A stretch of 62,393 bases of DNA from Candidatus Muiribacteriota bacterium (GTDB lineage Bacteria > Muiribacteriota > DAOVTB01): positions 1 through 62,393 of the forward strand of contig DAOVTB010000004.1 of NCBI GenBank assembly GCA_030633305.1, in the 5' to 3' direction. The notes under the pieces are model-generated. The model was not told the origin of the DNA. It made no database searches and saw only the letters and a program-made list of their open reading frames with translations. The position numbers were made by a program, and so were the translations under genes. Position 1 is the first letter of the stretch; every line of letters begins with the position of its first letter. This document shows positions 10,450 through 19,767 of this stretch, one piece after another.

Positions 10450-11574
10450 ATGGATCGTAGAACTTTTTTGAAAACAGTATTAGCCTCAGGATGTGGTTTT
10501 TGCATGAAGTATAATCCTTATGCAAACCTGTTAGCCAATCAAATGGATACAAAAAATGGTATTCCTCTTGAAAAAGCAATGTTTGGTAAAAAATTGAGTT
10601 CTGGAATTGTTCAATGCCAGACCTGTCCAAATAACTGTAAATTAAAGCTGGATCAATCAGGAATATGTCGATCTCGACATAATAAAGACGGAATATTGTA
10701 CACTTCTGCAACAAGACCAGTTGTTGCTTTAATGGATCCAGTAGAAAAAGCCCCACTTTTTCATTTTTTTCCTGGTTCTGAAGGGCTCAGTGTGGCAACC
10801 GCTGGTTGTAACCTTTATTGCTCCTACTGCCAAAATTATGAACTTTCACAATATGCTCCAGAGGAAAAAGATTTTTTTGAATTTCCATCAAAAGATGCTA
10901 TTAATACACTTTCAAAATATAAAGCAAAATTCATTACATTCACCTATACAGAACCAGCAGTTTATATGGAATTTATTGATAAAATCGCACCTGCCGTCAA
11001 AGACGCTGGTTTTAAAATTGTTTTCTGCTCTGCATTGTACCTGAATAAAAAACCTCTAGACAGATTGATTCAATATGGTGATGCCTTTTCAGCTACTTTA
11101 AAAGGTTTTAACGATATCTTTCTAAAAAAATACATTGGCGGAAGTCTCAAAAATTTTCAGGATAGTCTTGTACAGGTAAAAAGCGCTGGAAAATGGCTTG
11201 AGATCATCAATTTAATGATTCCATCTTTAAATGATGATCCAAAGGACGTAAGGAAAATGTGTAAATGGATTAAAAATAATGTTGGTGATGATACTCCACT
11301 ACATTTTGGACGGTTTACTCCAATGTTCAGGCTTAAAAACCTGCTTCCCACACCAGTTAAAGTCCTTGAAAGATCGGTGGAAATTGCTAAAGAAGAGGGA
11401 TTAAAATATGTTTATATTGTTAACTATGCACCTCATGAACATAACCATACTTACTGCGATAAATGCAATACAAGGCTAGTAGAGCGTATTGGTTACATTA
11501 TAAAATCAAATATAATCACCAAAGATTGTACCTGTCCAAAATGTAAAAATCCAATTCCAGGTGTTTATTTGTAG
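10450..11574 (+). CDS. amrS: AmmeMemoRadiSam-system radical SAM enzyme with twin-arginine (Tat) signal peptide
   Basis: CxxxCxxC (CNLYCSYC), N-terminal CQTCPNNC, DPVEKAPLFHF, TYTEP, PLHFGRF, C-terminal CxxC pairs. Start moved to ATG 10450 (AAGGAG RBS), giving MDRRTFLK. Confidence 0.88.
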   Translation: MDRRTFLKTVLASGCGFCMKYNPYANLLANQMDTKNGIPLEKAMFGKKLSSGIVQCQTCPNNCKLKLDQSGICRSRHNKDGILYTSATRPVVALMDPVEKAPLFHFFPGSEGLSVATAGCNLYCSYCQNYELSQYAPEEKDFFEFPSKDAINTLSKYKAKFITFTYTEPAVYMEFIDKIAPAVKDAGFKIVFCSALYLNKKPLDRLIQYGDAFSATLKGFNDIFLKKYIGGSLKNFQDSLVQVKSAGKWLEIINLMIPSLNDDPKDVRKMCKWIKNNVGDDTPLHFGRFTPMFRLKNLLPTPVKVLERSVEIAKEEGLKYVYIVNYAPHEHNHTYCDKCNTRLVERIGYIIKSNIITKDCTCPKCKNPIPGVYL

Positions 11575-11611
11575 TTTGTGATTCACTAAGTGACTATGTT
11601 AAAATACATTT

Positions 11612-12751
11612 GTGAATAAAACACCATCCAGAAAAAATAACACTCCTTATTCTTTACTCCACTTCCTTATTCTGTTCATTATAATCTGGTCTGTTTCACT
11701 GTATTTATCTTCTTCCCTCATGAATCATATGAATGATTTCAGGAATAATCTCTGGAATCCACTCCGTCTGCTCAGTCAGGGGAAAAGTCTCTATAATATC
11801 AATGAACTGTTCCCGGGAAAACAGGCAGTCTGGCTTCCAATGGCTCTAGGTCTTTTTTTTCCTTTAGGATTTCTCCCACTTAAAATAGCTTGTTCTATCT
11901 GGTTTTCTTTAAACCTGTCTATACTGATCACAATGTTTATTATTTATTCACAATACCGTGAAATAAATCGAACAAGCAAATTACTCAGTGCCTTTGTTAT
12001 TTTTCTATACCCCTTTGCCATAAAATCTTTATTTATGGGGCAAATCACTATTATTATTGCTGCTATATGGTTTTTTATTGCACATTATTTTTCCAAACTT
12101 CCGACTTTTTTCGTATCCATTCTTATAGTAATTTCATTAACAAAACCCCAACTGGCCATCCTTGTTTTTCCAATCGTTTTTTATCATCAGCTTTCCGGAA
12201 TTGGAAAACCACCACTCTGGAAACTTTTGATGACATATCTGGCAGGTTTCACAATTTTACTTCTCCCGCTGTTTATCTTCCATGCAGAATGGATTCCAGA
12301 TTTTATCACTGCATTAAAAAACAATCCAAAATGGCTACATCCGAGTACATTTCAAGTACTTAAAAAAAATCTGGGGAATTCGGCTTATATCCTGAATATA
12401 TTATTGTACATATTCGCACTATTCTCGGTATTCAAAATTTATATGTCCAAAGGGCTTCGAGCTGCTATATTGATTGGACTCGCATTGACTCCACTCGTTA
12501 CCCCATATCTTTGGAGTTATGATTTCATTATTATTCTTCCACTGTTTATTCATATACTCTGCACTTCAGATTCAATCAAGATTAAAGTTGTACATTTATT
12601 GGTGTTTACCTTAATTTCTGTCTGGATTTATTACAAATCAGCAAATATAATCAAATTCAGTGATTATAACTACTGGTGGACCTCATGGGGATTGTGTACC
12701 GTCTCTTTGATTTTCTATTTCAAAAAAATCAAATATAATCACCAACGATAG
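11612..12751 (+). CDS. Polytopic membrane glycosyltransferase, GT87/DUF2029-like
   Basis: Many TM helices; DF near the N-terminus, GQ, KPQLA and PYLWSYD motifs typical of GT-C/GT87 proteins. Confidence 0.7.
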   Translation: MNKTPSRKNNTPYSLLHFLILFIIIWSVSLYLSSSLMNHMNDFRNNLWNPLRLLSQGKSLYNINELFPGKQAVWLPMALGLFFPLGFLPLKIACSIWFSLNLSILITMFIIYSQYREINRTSKLLSAFVIFLYPFAIKSLFMGQITIIIAAIWFFIAHYFSKLPTFFVSILIVISLTKPQLAILVFPIVFYHQLSGIGKPPLWKLLMTYLAGFTILLLPLFIFHAEWIPDFITALKNNPKWLHPSTFQVLKKNLGNSAYILNILLYIFALFSVFKIYMSKGLRAAILIGLALTPLVTPYLWSYDFIIILPLFIHILCTSDSIKIKVVHLLVFTLISVWIYYKSANIIKFSDYNYWWTSWGLCTVSLIFYFKKIKYNHQR

Positions 12752-12812
12752 TACATGTCTAAAATGTAATAATCTGAATCCTGTGGTTTGTTTGTAGTTT
12801 TACCCATATTAC

Positions 12813-12892
12813 AGATAATATTTTATCTATTATTCGTTTTTTAGCTTTTAAATGATAATATTTTATCTTTTATTTCATCTTTATGATATAAT
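12813..12892 (+). promoter_or_regulatory. Probable hipBA operators and extended -10 promoter
   Basis: GATAATATTTTATCT (palindromic GATAA-N4-TTATC) at 12814-12828 and 12854-12868; TGaTATAAT at 12884-12892, 6 nt before ATG 12899. Confidence 0.6.
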
Positions 12893-12898
12893 TTATAT

Positions 12899-13207
12899 AT
12901 GGATAATCTAATTCCTACTATATTAACTACAAAAGAAATACAATTATTGATCGCCAGTAGAGTCAAAAAACTACGATTAAATCAAAGATTAAAACGACAA
13001 AGTCTCGCTGATATAGCTGGCGTTTCTGTATCCACTTTAAAACATTTTGAGACTACAGGAAATATTTCTTTAAAAACATTATTATTGATTGCCACTGCAT
13101 TGGGAAGAATTGAAGAAATTTCTAAATTATTTCAAATAGAAGAAATCAGTTCACTAAAAGAATTGGAAGAATCCTGTAAAAAATCTCCCAAAAGGGGTAG
13201 ATTATGA
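12899..13207 (+). CDS. XRE-family HTH antitoxin (HipB-like)
   Basis: RLNQRLKRQSLADIAGVSVSTLKHFETTGNISLKTL helix-turn-helix; overlaps the hipA start. Confidence 0.88.
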   Translation: MDNLIPTILTTKEIQLLIASRVKKLRLNQRLKRQSLADIAGVSVSTLKHFETTGNISLKTLLLIATALGRIEEISKLFQIEEISSLKELEESCKKSPKRGRL

Positions 13208-14451
13208 AAAATGAATTTCTTCAAAAGCTTAATGTTTATTTCACAAAAACAAGTAAACTATCGTTTAAAATTGGGACTCTTGCTCAAAAAGATAACAGCC
13301 TTTTTTTTGAATACGATAAAACATGGTTGGATAAAGAAATTGAATTATCTCCATTATCCCTACCTCTAAAAAAAGACATATTTAAATTCAATCATTATTC
13401 ATTCAGTCCAATTTTTGGATTATTTGACGATTCCCTTCCTGATGGATGGGGGCTTATATTGATGGACAGGTATTTCAGGAAATCCGGTATTGATCCATCA
13501 ACAATTTCTGTTTTGGACAGATTATCTTTCATGGGAAATAATACAATGGGAGCACTCACATATCTGCCTTGCAGTAACAATTATAATGAAAAAAATATAT
13601 TCAACCTTCAAAAATTAGCAGAACTTTCAAAAAAAATATATGACGGTGAACCAGCAGTTTTAATCCCTCAATTACTAAAAGCTGGTGGTAGTCCGGGTGG
13701 TGCAAGACCAAAAATTCTTGTTGGATATAACAAAATGGATAATCATATAACAAACTGGAATAATGAACTCCAAAAAAATTATAACCATTATATAATCAAA
13801 TTTTTTAGTAAAAATGATTTTCCTGATTCGGGTATTCTCGAATATATTTATTCAATAATGGCACGATATTCAGGAATTGAAATGAATGAAACAAAATTAT
13901 TCAATTGCAAGAATGGAGAATCATATTTTGGAACAAAACGTTTTGATAGAGAAAAAGATAATACCAGGAACCATACTCATAGTTTTGGAAATTTAATCGA
14001 GTCAAATTTCAGAATTCCATCATGCGATTATTCAGATCTCTTTAAAATCACTTCATATTTAACAAAAGATCACAGTGAATTATTAAAGGTTTTCAGATTA
14101 ATGGTTTTCAATATTTTAGTTCACAACCGTGATGATCATGTTAAAAATTTCTCCTTCATACTTGATGATGCAAGAAAAACATGGAAATTAGCTCCTGCAT
14201 ATGACCTTACCTATGCAAACGGCCCAGGCGGCGAACATTCAATGACTGTAAATGGAGAAGGGAAAAATCCATCAATTAAGGATATGATGGATATGGCCAA
14301 AAAATATGATATAAAAAAGAATATTGCGAAGAATATCATTGAAGAAATAATCACAGTTATTGAAAAATTTCCGAAATATGCAAGTGAAAATCATCTTACT
14401 GAAAAGACAACTGAATTTATCTTTAAAAAATTAAAATCTTTCAGAAATTAA
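13204..14451 (+). CDS. hipA: HipA-family serine/threonine kinase toxin
   Basis: FDDSLPDGWG, GGSPGGARPK, KRFDR, NRDDHVKNFSF and LAPAYD motifs. Confidence 0.95.
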   Translation: MKNEFLQKLNVYFTKTSKLSFKIGTLAQKDNSLFFEYDKTWLDKEIELSPLSLPLKKDIFKFNHYSFSPIFGLFDDSLPDGWGLILMDRYFRKSGIDPSTISVLDRLSFMGNNTMGALTYLPCSNNYNEKNIFNLQKLAELSKKIYDGEPAVLIPQLLKAGGSPGGARPKILVGYNKMDNHITNWNNELQKNYNHYIIKFFSKNDFPDSGILEYIYSIMARYSGIEMNETKLFNCKNGESYFGTKRFDREKDNTRNHTHSFGNLIESNFRIPSCDYSDLFKITSYLTKDHSELLKVFRLMVFNILVHNRDDHVKNFSFILDDARKTWKLAPAYDLTYANGPGGEHSMTVNGEGKNPSIKDMMDMAKKYDIKKNIAKNIIEEIITVIEKFPKYASENHLTEKTTEFIFKKLKSFRN

Positions 14452-14478
14452 TTTCTTATTTAATCTACAATCCTGCGT

Positions 14479-17217
14479 TTAAAATGGATTATCTCCATTG
14501 ATCCCAATAATTCGGTAATCATTAAAACGTTTTACTCTGAAATATGTTAAACCTGAGCTTGAATAAGTTCTTCCATCGTTATCTCTGAAAGTTTTATTCC
14601 ATTTAATCCGTATGCGATAAAGGTTACGAACTTTTTCCCATTTAAGATCACGGATTTTAACATATAGACGTCTATAGTTTCTAAATCTATGACGAAGGCC
14701 ATCTACTATTGCATCAAGATTTCCAGTATTGAAATTATATCTATTGAAAAGCTTTTGAATATTTACAATATCCTCTTCATTAAACGAATTAAATAGTTTT
14801 GTGAAAAATCTTTCCAGTGATTTTCTTTCATCAAACCATGTACAATTGGCAGTATAAGTCCTGAATGTATCTGTCAGAACATTTTCATACCTGTCTTTAG
14901 CAGTAAAAGTGAACCTAAACCGCTCATTTTTAAATGGTACAGGAAAAAATATTCTCCAGTAGCTGAATCTTCCTTTTTTCTCTACTCTATAACCCTTAAT
15001 TAACTCATTTTTAAGATCTATAAGCTTACAATAAACAGTTTTAACAGGATAAAATTCTTCGCGAATCTTAAGAAAAATCTCAATAGTTCCATTTCTGGTA
15101 TCATCAAAATTTAAAAAAACTTCTTTTAATCGATCGGTCATCCTTACATTATTTATACTGATATCAATGATCTCACATGGTCGATTATTCCATTGGATTC
15201 TTTTTTTGAAATAAGTCCATACATTTTTAAGATTATCAAATTTAGAATTGATCTCTGGAGAGATTTCCCCATCACGTATTAAAACATCAATTTTTCTTTT
15301 CAACTCATCATAAATTCTTGCAATTTCGTATTTCTTGGAATACGGGATATCTTTTACATCTCCCCATTTCCTTAATTCCGTCATTACGATATCAATATTT
15401 ACAGATATCTTTTTATTCTTATATCCTTTTACTTTCTTTTGATAAAGTTCCTTTTCTTTCCTTTTTTTCTTTTTAATATCAAAAACCAGGATTTTTTCTT
15501 TCCAGAGTTTTATCTTTTTCATTATTTCATCAAGATCCAGATTATCTTCATGGATCTTTTTCTTTACAAGTGTATTAGGATCCGGTTTATTAATATCATC
15601 TTTAACAGTTATAAAATCTTCAGATATCCAGCCTGGGGAATCAATATAAAAAGGAATCTGATCATAGCAAATCTTTCCGTGGAAAAGATCATGCATTGCA
15701 TATCTTCCTTCAGCTGTTTGCTCAACAAGCTGAGGTATCTGAGCTGTTAATTCCTCATACAATTTCCTGAATTTTTTTAAAAACTCTACAATTTCAATTG
15801 TATCAAGATACCTTTCTTCAATTGTTCTTACATCAACATCTCTTTTTGGATGAATATAATCTGTATAGAATTCTGAAGACCTGGTCTGTAATTCCAGCAA
15901 CTGCTTCTGAAATTTCAATTTTAAAGCTCTCCGGCTCTGCAGAATACTTTTTAAATCTTTGACAAAGGTTTTAAGAGTTTTTATTCTTTTATTAATTTGT
16001 GTTAATATTTCAGTTCTAAGATCCCTGAATATTGGAAAAATCCGGGAAATATTTTTAAGATTTGCATTTCCCTTTTCTAAAAGAAGATTCAATTTTATTC
16101 TGTAAAGTTCTATTTTTTCCAGGCCAAGACTTTTTTTCAAACGATCAATTTTCCTGATATTTTCTGAGATTTCTGTCCATAGTGATTTAACTTTTCCAGA
16201 TTTTTTCTTTAATTCCAGATTTCTGGATTCAAGATCAATTATCTTTTTCTGTAAAACAGATTTATTATCAGCTACTTTCTTAAGCTTTGTCCTGACTTTG
16301 CTTTTAAGACAGTTCATGGCATCCGAAATATTTTTTTGTAGAAAACGAAACCATTCTTCTCTGACAGAAAGATTTTTCAGTTCTTCTTTCAAATCAATAA
16401 ATGAAAATCCAGATAGTTTTTTTAATACTACACTGCGATATTTAATGAGATCTTCAACATCTTTTTCAGAAATGCGTGCCATGTTTTCAGCATCTTTGTT
16501 CATAAGTACATGGGAATAAATATCAAAATTCAGTTTAAGATCATTTAAGCCTGCTACATATTCATTCATCATTTTCCTGGATTCTTTAAGTTTATTGTCT
16601 TTATTGTATTTTTCTCCAGATACAGAAATGATCTTTTTAATTTCAGAGTAGAATTTTCTCTCCATTACATTGAATTCGATTTCCTTCTGCCGGGAATCAA
16701 GATAGATGAGTTTTTCTGTAGAAAATCTTTTAAAAACTCTACTTGTACGCAGCCTTTCCTGATAATCAAGTGCATTGTATTTTTTTATCAGATCAGGTAA
16801 AAGTTTATCAGGATCATCATATCTGTAATTACGAATTTTGGGACTCAACCAGTATTCTTCTGAAAATTGAAGTCTTTTCATCATAATTTCAGACATAAAC
16901 TTCTTCTTTTCTTCATCAGTTGAATAAACATCCTGTTTTATCTTTTTAAGAAAATCTACAAAAATTGCCATTACTTTTTTGGCAATTTCAGAATCAACTT
17001 TCTTTAAACGAAGCTTATTACCAGATGCCTCTAGCATTCTTATTTCAGTTTCCAGATTTTTGACTTTTGTATTGAATTTACTTACTTCAAATTCTGTGTT
17101 CAATTCAAATGCTGATGCTGGTATCAGCGTTGCTGCAAAAATTATTAAAAAGAAAGAAAAGAATTTACCAACTATACCTGAACTATTTTGTTTTACAATT
17201 TTTTTCATACTATTCAT
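14479..17217 (-). CDS. Large exported coiled-coil protein with possible C-terminal NTF2/SnoaL-like domain
   Basis: Signal peptide (IPASA); long K/E/L heptad regions; C-terminal helix-helix-beta-meander pattern. Confidence 0.65.
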   Translation of the reverse strand: MNSMKKIVKQNSSGIVGKFFSFFLIIFAATLIPASAFELNTEFEVSKFNTKVKNLETEIRMLEASGNKLRLKKVDSEIAKKVMAIFVDFLKKIKQDVYSTDEEKKKFMSEIMMKRLQFSEEYWLSPKIRNYRYDDPDKLLPDLIKKYNALDYQERLRTSRVFKRFSTEKLIYLDSRQKEIEFNVMERKFYSEIKKIISVSGEKYNKDNKLKESRKMMNEYVAGLNDLKLNFDIYSHVLMNKDAENMARISEKDVEDLIKYRSVVLKKLSGFSFIDLKEELKNLSVREEWFRFLQKNISDAMNCLKSKVRTKLKKVADNKSVLQKKIIDLESRNLELKKKSGKVKSLWTEISENIRKIDRLKKSLGLEKIELYRIKLNLLLEKGNANLKNISRIFPIFRDLRTEILTQINKRIKTLKTFVKDLKSILQSRRALKLKFQKQLLELQTRSSEFYTDYIHPKRDVDVRTIEERYLDTIEIVEFLKKFRKLYEELTAQIPQLVEQTAEGRYAMHDLFHGKICYDQIPFYIDSPGWISEDFITVKDDINKPDPNTLVKKKIHEDNLDLDEIMKKIKLWKEKILVFDIKKKKRKEKELYQKKVKGYKNKKISVNIDIVMTELRKWGDVKDIPYSKKYEIARIYDELKRKIDVLIRDGEISPEINSKFDNLKNVWTYFKKRIQWNNRPCEIIDISINNVRMTDRLKEVFLNFDDTRNGTIEIFLKIREEFYPVKTVYCKLIDLKNELIKGYRVEKKGRFSYWRIFFPVPFKNERFRFTFTAKDRYENVLTDTFRTYTANCTWFDERKSLERFFTKLFNSFNEEDIVNIQKLFNRYNFNTGNLDAIVDGLRHRFRNYRRLYVKIRDLKWEKVRNLYRIRIKWNKTFRDNDGRTYSSSGLTYFRVKRFNDYRIIGINGDNPF

Positions 17218-17414
17218 GATCCAATCTTCTTAATATTTTTATTAAATTTAGATTTTTTTCTTTCTCAATATTCTCTGTAGTAATTATTAACTCCATATAT
17301 CATAAATTGTTAATCGATATTCTTTATTTAATTTTATCTCTTTATTCATGTCCTGGTAAATTCTTTCTCTTTATGTATCCTGTACCATTTTATATGTTTT
17401 AACAGAAAAAAGTT

Positions 17415-17494
17415 ATCTGGCGTTGGGGTCAGGGTACTATGAATTTTTTTGAAATTCAAAAAAATTAAAGTACTTCTTACCCCTTTTATATTAA
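17415..17494. repeat. Family B palindromic element (GGGGTCAG...CTGACCCC type)
   Basis: Near-identical to 30626-30706; related copies at 28372-28430 and 42958-43035. Confidence 0.85.
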
Positions 17495-17518
17495 CCATTT
17501 TTTCCCTTCTAATCTTTC

Positions 17519-17590
17519 TTTATCTTGTTAATCCTGTCTAATCTTCTTTTCTCTGCGTTCTCAGCGTTCTCTGCGCGATGTCTTCTTTTT
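17519..17590. repeat. Family F short pyrimidine-rich tandem motifs (ATCTTGTTAATCCTGTC; CTCTGCGTTCTCAGCGTTCTCTGCGCG)
   Basis: 32-nt block identical to 39620-39651; the 9-nt-unit repeat also occurs at 30732-30765 and 32774-32812. Confidence 0.8.
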
Positions 17591-17593
17591 TCT

Positions 17594-19531
17594 TTAAAAT
17601 ATCGTTATCAACTTAATTGTTGAATTCGCATCCTTTCTAGATTCACTTGTATCCCAGTAATCATATTTATCATAATTAAGCTCAAATTCAATCCTGTTCC
17701 TTACTGTCATCTTATGGTAAAGCTTCATAAAAAATCCTGACATATCATAATCATCTTCTTCTCCCCTGTGGTCTTGAAAACGAAACTTTACCCCACCATC
17801 AAGTCCTGTTATAGAATTCAAATAGTAACTAAGTTTCATGTACCAGCTTGTAACATTGTCACTATCAAGTGTCCGGGCATATTCCTGTCTGTAATAATTA
17901 ACATTTGTACTAAGGTTCATGGAACCAAATAAATTTTTCTCAGCAAGAAAATCATAAGTATGTCTTGAAAAATCATTATCACGATCTTTATAATCCAATT
18001 CGTTATCCACATAAACACCAAAATCCCATTTATCCAGAAACATATTGTTTATAGGTCTATACTCCAAAATATACGAAGTTTTTACATAGCGTCTATAGAG
18101 TGAATTTATCTCATCTCGTCTTGATCGTATTCCGTGTGATATTTTCAACTGTAGTGGAAATCTTTCAGTAAAAGGACGTAGATGAACTGAAATTCTTGGT
18201 TCAAAAACTTTCTCTGGATTTGCAGAAGAATAATTAAAATCCTGAGAGTAAATATCAAAGTAACTCTCGATCTGCTCGTTAAATTTATATCTCAATTGAT
18301 ATGACATATTTTCGCTATGAGGAGTATAATTCCCGTTTAATGCTGTATAATCTTCCCCAACAAGCAGATATTTAAAATTCCAGGATGTCTTTCTACTGTT
18401 GTAATCAATAAACATATTATAAAGATGATCATGAACTTTCAGATCAACAGGTGAATTTTTATCAGGATTCCATTCTGAAAAAGCATATTCTCCTCTTATA
18501 CGCAGTCGATCTTTTATAAGATATGACTCAATAAAACCAGCCCAAATCCAGTTCTGTTCAGCAGGTCCGACATAATTAAGATCATCTATTGAATCTGTCC
18601 GGTCACGAACATCAAGATAGTGCAGACCAATGTCAAACCACTTTTTGAAATTTCCTTTTACTTCTCCCCAGAATGTATCTCGACCATAAAATTCTTCATT
18701 TATTCCTCGATTGTTATATCCATATCCTGCAGTAAATTGAAAATTGTCGGTTTTCACTCCTCCGCTTATACCACGAAGATCAATACTTGATGTTGATTCA
18801 AAAAGAAAGGGTCTTAGATGACCACCATGTAAAACAAAAATTCCTTTTTCAAGATATACTGACCCGTATTCCAATCGATATGTTTTATCATTGAAATTCC
18901 TATCATTACTATAGTAACTGTCGAGATCTATTTCAATTAATCCACCAGTTTTAAAATACTTTTTACCAGAAAAAATTATTCCCTGATTCAAAAAACCATC
19001 TGCTTTATATGGAGAATATTCTTCAGGACCATCCACATTGACATATCTTAACTCGGTTTCCAGCCTGAGATCCCAATTGAATTGATAGAAATATTCATCT
19101 TTTAATTCTGCAGACCTTCTAATTCTTTCAAATTCAAGCATTTCCTTATCAATCTTTTTTACCGATTCCTCTTCATTTTCTTCTTCTGGTATTAAACCTG
19201 GTTCATATGCTTTGTCTCTTGTATCAATAAAAGCTTCTCCAAAGATTTTATTGATCTTCCAGTCATATTCATTTTCGGAGGTCATATGATCTGTTTTCCC
19301 TGTAATTTGTTTGTAGCCAAGATTTTCAAGAGTTTTTTTATTATCAGGATCATATAATTTCCGTTCTTCCCATTCAAATCCTAATTTTTGCAAAACTTTC
19401 CTTAATTCATGCTGTCTGTCAGGATCACGGTAATCTTTTCTGATACCATCAATGGCAGAAAGCCTCAATGATAGCAGAATAATCAAAAAGATTATCTGGA
19501 TTATTCTTAAAATTTTTCCCGTACTACGCAC
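17594..19531 (-). CDS. Putative outer-membrane beta-barrel protein
   Basis: Signal peptide from GTG 19531 (GGAG RBS); alternating aromatic/hydrophilic beta strands rich in Y/D/N; C-terminal Phe. Confidence 0.7.
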   Translation of the reverse strand: MRSTGKILRIIQIIFLIILLSLRLSAIDGIRKDYRDPDRQHELRKVLQKLGFEWEERKLYDPDNKKTLENLGYKQITGKTDHMTSENEYDWKINKIFGEAFIDTRDKAYEPGLIPEEENEEESVKKIDKEMLEFERIRRSAELKDEYFYQFNWDLRLETELRYVNVDGPEEYSPYKADGFLNQGIIFSGKKYFKTGGLIEIDLDSYYSNDRNFNDKTYRLEYGSVYLEKGIFVLHGGHLRPFLFESTSSIDLRGISGGVKTDNFQFTAGYGYNNRGINEEFYGRDTFWGEVKGNFKKWFDIGLHYLDVRDRTDSIDDLNYVGPAEQNWIWAGFIESYLIKDRLRIRGEYAFSEWNPDKNSPVDLKVHDHLYNMFIDYNSRKTSWNFKYLLVGEDYTALNGNYTPHSENMSYQLRYKFNEQIESYFDIYSQDFNYSSANPEKVFEPRISVHLRPFTERFPLQLKISHGIRSRRDEINSLYRRYVKTSYILEYRPINNMFLDKWDFGVYVDNELDYKDRDNDFSRHTYDFLAEKNLFGSMNLSTNVNYYRQEYARTLDSDNVTSWYMKLSYYLNSITGLDGGVKFRFQDHRGEEDDYDMSGFFMKLYHKMTVRNRIEFELNYDKYDYWDTSESRKDANSTIKLITIF

Positions 19532-19767
19532 CAATTGATACTCCAAATGAAGATTCAATAAAATTATCGGCAATTAATACTATATATATAGAAATTATTA
19601 TCTTAAATTGACAGATATAGTTAAATATTTTAAACTCCTTAAAGAATAAAAAAAATATTTTTTTATTTTTATAATTAACATTGAACATTTATTGAAAAAC
19701 CATATCTTAATAAATAGAGAGACTTGTCATAATATTTGAAAATAGCTATAATTTATCTAGGTGAAAA

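Noticed and set aside
11612-14451. GT87-hipBA as a prophage or integrative element
   Set aside because: No integrase, transposase, phage gene or flanking att repeats visible.
14460-14480. ATCCTGCGTT between hipA and the coiled-coil gene as another family A copy
   Set aside because: Only about 10 nt match the element end; too short to support.
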